NCBI GenBank assembly: GCA_964016885.1
Contig: OZ024745.1
Coordinates: 57,350,001-57,414,000, forward strand
Length of the DNA: 64,000 nucleotides
From: Eledone cirrhosa
Lineage: Eukaryota
Direction of reading: 5' to 3'
Positions 37,030 through 46,017 of this stretch are shown here, in pieces. The position numbers were made by a program, and so were the translations under genes. A model generated the notes under the pieces. The model searched no databases. It was given only the letters and a program-made list of their open reading frames with translations, and had not been told where the DNA came from. Every line of letters begins with the position of its first letter. Positions within the stretch are counted from its first letter, which is position 1.

Positions 37030-38605
37030 AAGCGGGTGGCAAGGAATTGATGCGGCATAGATAGCCATAGGAATCTTGAAGGAGCACGGCGGTCAGGCAA
37101 AAAAAGGGCCGAAGCGGGGATGGTGGCTGACAGTGCATGGATGCGTATCCTGAGGCATGAAGATGCAGTGGGACGACGGCCAGCAGGCAAGGAAGAGGGC
37201 AGGGGTGGACGGTGGCATGGATTCCCCATGGTGAGCTATGGCAGTCTTGAAGGAGCACCTCGGGCAGGCAAAAGAAAGGGCCAAGGAGGGGATGGCGGCT
37301 GACAGAGCATTGATGCGGCATGGTGATGCATGACGATGCAGTTGGACGACGGCGTGCAGGGAACAGAGAGGGCAGGGGTTGACGGTGGCAGGAATGCGAC
37401 TTGGTCCCTCAAGACTGCCATGCCTAGGCAGTGGAAAGGGTCGGGTAGTGGATGGCGGCTGACAGGGCAGGGATGCAACATGATGAGGCATGACGAAAGG
37501 GCAGGGTGCATGGCGGCTGACAGGGCGTGGATGCAGCCTGCCAATTGGGTTTCACCTCGGGAATGTAGAGAGCCCCGGGAGGCACGATGATTGTTTGAGA
37601 AAACCGGGTGCAAGGCAGAATGTTTATCGGCCATACGTGATCGGTAGGCTTTGGAGGAGAAAAGGATGAATTTTTGTTTAATTTTGTTAAATATGGTCAA
37701 AATGAATGTAAAAAGACTTACACAAGATCGTCTTCATGTTCGGTGCTGTCTTTGGTCTGAGATAATGGGCGGTTATGTGCGGCGCAGGAATAAACCATGC
37801 TGATGACATTTGAGCAAGTTGCTGACAGGGCAGGAATGCCGCATGGTCAGCCATGGCAGTCGTGAGGGACAAAGGCGTGCGGGCAAGGGAGAGGGCAGGG
37901 GTTGACGGTGGCAGGGATGCGGCTTGGTTAGACATGGCAGTCTTGAAGGAGCACGGAGGGCAGAAAAAATAAAGGGCTGAGGAGGGATGGCGGCTGACAG
38001 ATCATGGATGCGGCATGGTGAGGCATAACGATGCCTGTGGGTCGACGGCGTGCAGGGAAAGGGAGATGGCCGGAATTAACGGTTGCAGGGATTCCGCATG
38101 GTGAGCCATGGCACTCGTGAAGGACCAGGGCGTGCGGGTAAGGGAGAGGGCAGGGGAGGGCATGGCGGCTGACCGAGCATGGATGCGGCATGGTGAGGCA
38201 TGACGATGCAGTGGGACGACGGCATGCATGGAAGGGAGAAGGTAGGACTTGATGGTGGCAGGGATGCGACTTGGTTAGTCATGGCAGTCTTGAAGGAGCA
38301 CGGCGGGCAGGAAAAAGAAAGGGCTGAGGAGGGGATGGTGGCCGACAAAGCAGTAATGCGGCATGGTGAGGTTATCCGATGCAGTGGGACGACCGCGTGT
38401 AGGCAATGGAAATGGGCAGGGGTGGACGGTGGCAAGGATTCGGCATGTTGAGCCGTGGCAGTCCTTAGGGACCACGGAGGGCAGGCAATTGAAAGGGCCG
38501 GGGAATGAATTGCGGCTGACAGGGCAGAGATGCGCATGGTGATGCACAACGATACAGTGGGTCGACGGCGTGCATGGAAGGGAGAGGGCAGGGGTTGACG
38601 GATGC
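37030..38605. repeat. Diverged G-rich minisatellite, ~170-bp unit built from ~85-bp halves, in two blocks
   Basis: cttgaaggagcac recurs at ~37076, 37246, 37942, 38289. gagggcaggggttgacggtggca and gatggcggctgacag recur throughout. Confidence 0.85.
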
Positions 38606-39823
38606 CTCATTATGCTACGGTAGTGGAACCACGGGAATGAAGAGAGCGCATGGAGGCTCGATAATCGCTTGAGAAGACTAGGATAATGCGCGGCGGTATA
38701 GTCCTTATATAAGAAATGGAAGAATCGGCATAAAAGATTTGCTGAATATTGTGAGCGTTAATTTAAAGAGACTTACGGTGGATAATCCTGATAGATTGAG
38801 CATTTTTTACATGGCGGGAGTCGCGACAAATGGAAGCAAGAAGAATGGCGTTTTTCGGTTGCCGGACTTTTACCTCTGGGGGTCCGATTATCGATTTTTT
38901 GCCGTGAGTGTGGTGCGGAAATATAAATAACTCGGCTGTCATAGACGGGTTTGGTTTTGAGTTGTCCCTTCTATATATATATCTATATATTCTACAGAAA
39001 TTTGCACTCACTATAATAAACCCGCCTATTATTATAACAATATATGCTCATTCTGCCATATTTGATTCTGGAAGCGGAGTTTCCTGTATGCACTTTTTCT
39101 CCGTGTGTAACGGGATGCAATCACGATTTGTATTTGCTGTGGTACAGTTGTATGCGGTGCGATACATTGGTTGAACGCCAACTTGGACATACAGTAAATT
39201 TCACCTGGCACGTTGGATTAAGTGACCGATATTTTCCATTTCCGCACATCTGTGCCGGCTGTATAGGTGCCATACATTTCTTCAACTCTTCGTACCTTCT
39301 TTTATTTTTTATTGGGTATAGGTTTGGAAAAATAGTGTTATCTCAATTAGCGTTCGAAACTGGAACATATCGATGTGGTTCGTATGGAGCGGATATGATA
39401 AGGAGAATCGACCTGTTACAAGGCGATATAATTGGAGTACACCATCCCTCATATGGACTATCATACATGTAAGGCTGCATTACTGCTAACCAACAATTCA
39501 TTTCACAGACTCATGCTTGCAAACTCTCTTGATCTGCCTGTACACCCTCTTTTTGCACTGCTTGTGCTTTAATGCATCTATGCTTTGCTTTGTCTTATAT
39601 ATTTGTTGGGGGTCTCCGGGCTTTTTGTTCCTTTATTGTTTTGTATTTTGTATTTATCTCTTTTCTTATCCCTGTATTTTTGTACTTTTTTATTATTATA
39701 TTTTTTTGGTTATTTTCTTATTGTTTCTGAACATGCTGAGTAATACCCTCACTCATCCCTTGCTACCCTCTGCCAACCTCTTTATCATCTATGACACCAT
39801 CTAAGTGATACATTTTTGGTGTA

Positions 39824-40028
39824 AATTTTAATTTTTAATTTTTAATTTTTAATTTTTAATTTTTAATTTTTAATTTTTAATTTTTAATTTTTAATTTTTA
39901 ATTTTTAATTTTTAATTTTTAATTTTTAATTTTTAATTTTTAATTTTTAATTTTTAATTTTTAATTTTTAATTTTTAATTTTTAATTTTTAATTTTTAAT
40001 TTTTAATTTTTAATTTTTTAATTTTTAA
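39824..40028. repeat. (TTTTTAA)n heptamer tandem repeat, ~29 units
   Basis: Direct reading. Almost perfect. Confidence 0.95.
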
Positions 40029-40171
40029 GACATTTTATGACATTATGTGCATCATGTATTCTGTCTTTTTCCATATAGGGTTAGCCTCGGGACCCCCCTG
40101 CTGGTCATTTAACCTTGTTATGGTGACGCAGCTCGATGGAGCATGCAACTACTGATATACTCATGTTTATA

Positions 40172-40218
40172 GGCTCTGAAGATGCCTGCCATGCTCTATG
40201 GATGAAACACTGTTGGCT
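40172..40218 (+). ncRNA. Degenerate hammerhead-like motif
   Basis: GGCT-CTGAAGA-TGCCTG-CCAT-GCTCT-ATGG-AT-GAAA-C-ACT-G-TT-GGCT. The stems are weak, and GUU may be a CpG-decayed GUC. Confidence 0.4.
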
Positions 40219-40258
40219 AATAAAACAATGTATTCTAAGCACTCTTTGGTTATTCCTA

Positions 40259-40320
<62 letters not shown>

Positions 40321-40324
40321 TATA

Positions 40325-40516
40325 TAAAACAAAGGAGTTGTGGTAAGGAACCAGATGGACCATAACGCACCAGAGTACTCAATACTTAGGGTAGTAGAGT
40401 GGGAAATAGAAAAAAGTATGACCGCCGACGGTAGAGCTCAAGCCGTTTTGACGGCTATTTCTGGACTGAAATAGCCGTCGAAAGGGCTTGAGCTCTGCCA
40501 TCGGGTCCTACTTTTT

Positions 40517-40521
<5 letters not shown>
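40325..40521. mobile_element. Second copy of the 4682-4831 repeat with terminal fold-back (40406-40521), between (TA)n tracts
   Basis: Shared tgtggtaaggaaccagatggaccataacgcacca..gagctcaagccgttt. Arms ~55 bp around a 6-nt loop. Confidence 0.7.
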
Positions 40522-40563
<42 letters not shown>

Positions 40564-41417
40564 TATTGTAAAAGCAAAAGAACTTACCGAAAACATCCAT
40601 CTAATACTTTTGATACCTCGCAGAGCCTGTGAACTTCTGAGATTATTGATTTAAGATGAATTCTTGAATTCAATATTAGTAGGAAAATATATCGGTCTGG
40701 GAATTCCTTATAGATTACCTGGCGAAATACTTCATATGGATCAAGGGGCTAAATGTGACATGTGTAGAATGATACACAAATATATGCCTGATTGACATGC
40801 AATGTAGTATTTAATATAACTGAAAGAATTGAAACAAGTATATGTCAATAATTTATACACCCAAACTAAATTCAGAGCAAATGGCCAACCAATAAATTTC
40901 AGAGATATGCATCCTCTGTTTCCAGTGACTTTCTATTGTATGGGAGCTCGGGCCAAGGAGGAGGACAACCTCACCGAATGAGGTGTCTAACCATGTAACG
41001 GGCCTGAATCTCAAATTCCTGGTTTCAATATGAGAAAAACGTAGTAGTATACATATGGAAATTCTTGGAAGCGGTATTACCAAACTATGCTATTGAGAGC
41101 TGGAGGAACACTAGAACAGCATGCCACTGTGTATTTCCAATTTCCTTATCCTTCACATCTAGCATAAGGAGAAGAGAGTGCACTAGACTGTGGAGGAAAG
41201 TGTAAAAAAAAGAAAGAAAATCAAGAGAACTACATGTGGATATGTTTTCAAACCGTAGTTCAGCATTCTGCTAAGCACACCAAGAAGAATTGCAAAAGTC
41301 ACAATTGCAAAACTGGCCAACCAAGGAAGGATGATTATAGAAAATGTAGCAACAATGGCTGTGTCCAAAGGTGGCCAGAACCCCTCTGCTCGAACATTTA
41401 AATGACAACAGATAAAA

Positions 41418-41471
<54 letters not shown>

Positions 41472-41475
<4 letters not shown>

Positions 41476-41693
41476 TGTAGATATTATGTAAGGGACACTT
41501 CTTAGAATATTACCAGTCCAGAAACAATCAAATAGAAATCAATAAAACATATTGAAAAATAATTATAAAATCAGGCCCTCAAAATCAGCCTGATTTTATA
41601 ATTATTTTTCTATATGTTTTATTGATTTCTATTTGATTGTTTCCGGACTGGTATATATTCTAAGAAGTGTCCCTTACATAATATCTACACCAT
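41472..41693. repeat. Near-perfect inverted repeat (arms ~105 bp, loop ~11 nt) abutting (TA)n
   Basis: atggtgtagatattatgtaagggacacttc... versus ...gaagtgtcccttacataatatctacaccat. Confidence 0.93.
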
Positions 41694-42171
41694 TAACAAA
41701 AGAGCGCTACTATAACACTCAGTATCTTATCACATATCTATAAAAGCATTTTTCATTTTCGATGAAAATAACCTCTTTGTATTACCTTAATCATATTTAC
41801 TTTTTCACAAAAATTTAATACATGTGCATCGGTAGACCTTAATACCATATAAACCTGCGTCGGAAGAACATATAGGCGTAATCAATACATTTCTTTTGAT
41901 TGCATATTCGGAGGCATTAGATTGCTAATGATATTCATATCCATATCGTTAACATTATTCAAAAGAAGATAGAATAGAAATCGTTGGCTTGATCAAAACA
42001 ACATTTACATGAGAATGGAATACTTGGGTGAAAAATGTGTCGCAAAATCGTAAAGATAATTGCAGTAGTATTTATATTAACCGTCATAGAAAAACAATAA
42101 TCTATCTATAAAGCCAATATACTTTACATTCGTTCGCCACCTTTGATATACACGATGGTAGAGGAAATAAT

Positions 42172-42298
42172 TGTTTCTATTTTAGGCACAAGGCCAGCAA
42201 TTACCCAGTACATTACTGGTACTTTATTTTATCGACCTCGTAAGGATGAAAGGCAAAGTTAACCTCGGCGGGTTTTGAACTTATCCAATCCACCGCCC
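42172..42298 (-). mobile_element. SINE with internal deletion of the A-box to B-box interval, 18-bp TSD (1 mismatch)
   Basis: TSD gatg(g/t)tagaggaaataat at 42154-42171 and 42299-42316. Confidence 0.88.
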
Positions 42299-42513
42299 GA
42301 TGTTAGAGGAAATAATGCAATATAATAGAATACCTAAACATCGATACTATTGAACTTTTTACGGATAAACACTAACAGTGGAGAAATAGTCGTTTACTTT
42401 ATCAATCTAGAATTCACGTCCTGTTTGGTGAATTGTTCGGTTACATAACAATCGCCTTATTCACAAAAGAAGATTTATGTTCACTCTCTGAATGGAATTT
42501 CACAGCACAGAAT

Positions 42514-42780
42514 ATCGGAGAACATAGTGGTGGAAATGCACTAGATATTCAATAGAAGTTTTAGCATGATAATCTTCACTCACACATACACACACACACA
42601 CAAACACATTTATATACACACACACACGCATACACACACGCACACACACACATATATATACACCCACATATACACCCACCCCCACACACACATGCACTCT
42701 CATACGCATGCATATATCTGGAGTTTATGCTAACATTTCTATTGAATATCATGTGTACTTCCACCACTATGTGATCCGAT
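42514..42780. repeat. Diverged inverted repeat (~55-bp arms) enclosing a (CA)n-rich tract
   Basis: atcggagaacatagtggtggaaatgcactagatattcaatagaag versus ttctattgaatatcatgtgtacttccaccactatgtgatccgat. Confidence 0.8.
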
Positions 42781-42862
42781 GATTTTGGTTGATGACCCTG
42801 TGATAAACAATATCAACAAGATTCATTATTTCTTATTATAAATATGAATATATATATATATT

Positions 42863-43114
42863 GGAAGCTGGCTGTCTTAGAAAGGCTCTTTCTGATGACA
42901 TGTACAGTCTGAATTTGTTAAACATTAAATCTTTCTTTGGGTTTTCTTAGAGATGTTACTTTTTGAATTGTTTTCATCTTTCGTGAAACATGTCGTTGAT
43001 TAAAAAATGTCACATATTGATATCTGCAACAACTCACGCACATAAAGACAACCTATCTAGCTCATGCAAAGCACACATACACACACACACACATACACAT
43101 ACATATACACGCAT

Positions 43115-43174
<60 letters not shown>

Positions 43175-43407
43175 TTGTGTGTGTGTGTGTGTATGTGTGC
43201 TTTGCATGAGCTAGATAGGTTGTCTTTATGTGCGTGAGTTGTTGCAGATATCAATATGTGACATTTTTTAATCAGCGACATGTTTCACGATAGATGAAGA
43301 CAATTCAAAAAGTAACATCTCTAAGAAAACCCAAAGAAAGATTTAATGTTTAACAAATTCAGACTGTACATGTCATCAGAAAGAGCCTTTCTAAGACAGC
43401 CAGCTCC
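42863..43407. repeat. ~545-bp fold-back: ~215-bp near-identical inverted arms around (CA)n(TA)n(TG)n
   Basis: The same peptide appears on both strands in the ORF track (42990+ and 43281-). The arms differ at only a few positions. Confidence 0.95.
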
Positions 43408-43574
43408 CTTTAGTGAATTAAATAAAAGAAAAATGGAAAATGTATCTGGACCATTGATCAACATTGTGTAAGGAAAATCTTGAATAGCTGAACAATTTTC
43501 AAAATCTCATGAATAATATACACCATGAATAATATTCCCCATCACATCCAATTCCCTGTGTACTTTAGTAATGA

Positions 43575-43813
43575 CTAGCAGAATGGCCCAGCATTGCTCG
43601 CGATTCTAAACATAGATTAGCATGTTTATCTGAATCAGTACAGAGAAGTACGGAATACCTCGGCTTCGGGATAGTGTCTACATTTTGTGCTTATAAAACA
43701 AAATCGTCGTAGAATACCAGGGGTTTTTTCTGTGCGAAGAAAATCAATACTTTATCGCGAAATAAATACGTTTGTTTATATTTTGTCATTGTTTATGCAA
43801 AAATATCTATACA

Positions 43814-43817
<4 letters not shown>
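43575..43817 (-). mobile_element. Short Helitron 3'-end fragment
   Basis: a-ctagcagaatggcccagcattgctcgcg resembles the 43862 and 35241 termini (decayed hairpin + CTAG|T). Confidence 0.55.
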
Positions 43818-43861
<44 letters not shown>

Positions 43862-43862
<1 letters not shown>

Positions 43863-46017
43863 TAGGAGAAGTGCCCGGCGTTGCTCGGGGTTTAATTGCT
43901 TTAAAGTACTCTTAATGATTCCACTCAATTATGATTATTGAGGCAAAGATTGATATAAGTTCCCGCCCAACAAATCGATTTGCAACAGGATAGAAAACCC
44001 TGTAAAGGGCTTTGCAACACTTTCAGAAAGCGGTAACAATTGAATGTGAGGTGGCCTGAAAAGGGCCGTGTTATCGTTCTCACAATGGTAACAATTTGGT
44101 AGGAAGTCCTGGAAAGGGACGTAAAACGTTCGCATGTGAATAGGGCCTCTTCTTCTTCCACCAACTGCAGCGGACGTGCTGTCCCGAAACTTTATGCTCT
44201 GTTAAAACAGATTGGATGCCCTATGGAGGAAAGAGGGGGAATAAGCATGGGAAAGTAAATACGGGTAAGTTTGAAAATATACAACTATAACATCTACTCA
44301 CCATATGTCAGACCGGCAAGACTGTAGTGGTGCTAAATAGTGGAGTCACAACACCTCTCTGTAGACCACATTTTTTGTTCTACCTTTGGGTGCAAGTTGA
44401 ATAAGTTCTGCTTGCATCCGACTCTTGAGCATGCGACGTATAATTGGCCGTGTGAGAAGCACGGCTGGCCTAAATGGAGGCCTGCTGTTGTTAGCGTTTG
44501 GCGTTGGGACTTGTTGATTGACATCGCGAAGCAAAGTTTAACGGGGAATTGAAGTCGGCGCAGAGTACAGGGGCATTCCTTACCTGATGGAGTTAATGGT
44601 ATTCTGGTTATAAAGACGTTTTCTCCAGCGCCGCCGCTCGTGAGAATTGTGGCTTCAATTACATGCGGTAGGAGGTTTCTTATCACTAACCGTGTTCCAT
44701 TGCAGAGACGTGGTGGTTCCAGGTTCCTCAACAGAATCACTGGAGCCCCAACTTTGAGGCAGTCCGGAGAGGTCCAAGGAATTGAGGAATTCTGTGGGAA
44801 AATCGTCAACCTCATCTTTGTCCAGAACTGTGTCCACAGATTTGTAGGTTTAGAGGTTTCCAGGAATGCGTTGCAGAAGTTCCTCATTGATTTTTGCAGC
44901 ATAGACATTTTTGGGAGCTAATATGGCTCTATCGCACAGCCAATTCTTGTTTTTGTAGTTGATGGCCATATCGGGAAAGACAGAGGCTGTGAGGTCGTCA
45001 ACAGTGTCGACAACGGTGCCTACTTGCGAGACTGCCATTTCTCCAGCCGCATCTGAAGGTGCAGTGCCGTCACCAACTGTTAAGAGGTCCTTCGAGAAGT
45101 CGGCTGATAAGTGGTCGCCGAACAGTTGGGCTCTCATGTTTGTTGTGAGGGTCAGAATTGTCACCTCCTGCCACAGGGAAGATGACTTAATGCAAGCCCC
45201 CACAGTGTCGGCCCTGGTGGCTTTTGAAACAACTGGAAGAGTTTGTCGAAAATCGCCAGACAGCAGTAGAGGTACTCCTCCCATCGGCCGGTTACATTCC
45301 CTGATGTCTCGTAGGTTCCTGCCTAACTCCTCAAGTGACACTTTATAGGCCATTGTGCATTCGTCCCACACAATTAACTGGCATTCTTTCAAGACTTCTG
45401 CTTTGTCAGAGTCCTTGGTGATATTGCAGGTTATTGTGTCGTCTGAAGTCGAGTTGAATGGTAGTTTAAATGCGAAATGAGCTATCCTACCACTGGGTAG
45501 CAGAGTTGCGGCAATCCCAGAAGAAGCCACAGCCAGGGCGATTCCTTTTTGGTGTCGCACTTTGGCGAGGGGGATTTTTGTGACGAATGTTTTACCAGTT
45601 CCTCCTGGGGCATCCCAAAAGAAGATACATCCTGTGCCTTGACGAATGAAAGTGCAAACTGTGTCATACGCCCGCCGTAGTTCCTGCAACAGTTTCGGCT
45701 CATTTTCTTTAATGAACAGTTAGAGGGCGTCGTAGTCAGTTTCCTGAATTATTCCCGTTGGAAGTTTGTCCGAGCCCGTTCGCTGAACTTTTGGCAGTCC
45801 ATAGAATGGAAGGTCATTTCCGCCGGTAGTTATGATTTTGTCCTCGATGCCAATGAGAGCTTTGTTGAAGAATTCGTCGCCGTCTCGTTCGTCGGAATGA
45901 GGAAGTAGCAGTTGTCCTTGGTGTATGTAATCATCGCATGTTTGCAGTAACACCGCAAAGAGTAGCAAAAGACTTCGCGCTGAGCGTATTGTAGCTGCCT
46001 CAGCCAATGTTGCATCC
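43862..46017 (-). mobile_element. Autonomous-type Helitron, 3' part (helicase + 3' terminus); cut off by the satellite
   Basis: Minus-strand end CCCGAGCAACGCCGGG-CACTTCTC-CTAG|T (hairpin 43874-43889) inserted in (TA)n, downstream of a PIF1-type helicase on the same strand. Confidence 0.92.
44346..46017 (-). pseudogene. Helitron RepHel PIF1-family (SF1B) helicase region, frameshifted
   Basis: DAPGGTGKTF, ASSGIAATLL, IVWDECTM, LLSGDFRQTLPV, RAILAPKN, LLRNLEPPRLCNGTRL, RLQFPVKLCFAMSINKSQ, FSHGQLYVACSRV. Upstream linker DATLAEAA..LFAVLLQTC. Confidence 0.93.

Larger units (their letters stand above)
35241..39040 (-). mobile_element. Probable non-autonomous Helitron with internal GC-rich tandem repeats (5' boundary uncertain)
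   Basis: ttagcagaagtacccggcgttgctcgag at 35241 matches the Helitron 3' end at 43862 (CTAG changed to CTAA) and abuts (TA)n. The right end is only inferred. Confidence 0.5.
39060..40262 (+). mobile_element. Second, older Penelope-like relic (decayed GIY-YIG, 3' region, degenerate hammerhead + AATAAA) ending in (TA)n
   Basis: Across frameshifts: DLYLLWYSC..RYIG*T..SISAHL..IGLEK..RMERI(W)IRRI. CTGAAGA..GAAACACTGTTGGCT-AATAAA at 40176-40224. Confidence 0.5.

Noticed and set aside
36993-38610. Pro/His/Cys-rich minus-strand ORFs
   Set aside because: Translations of the diverged ~170-bp minisatellite with inconsistent frames.
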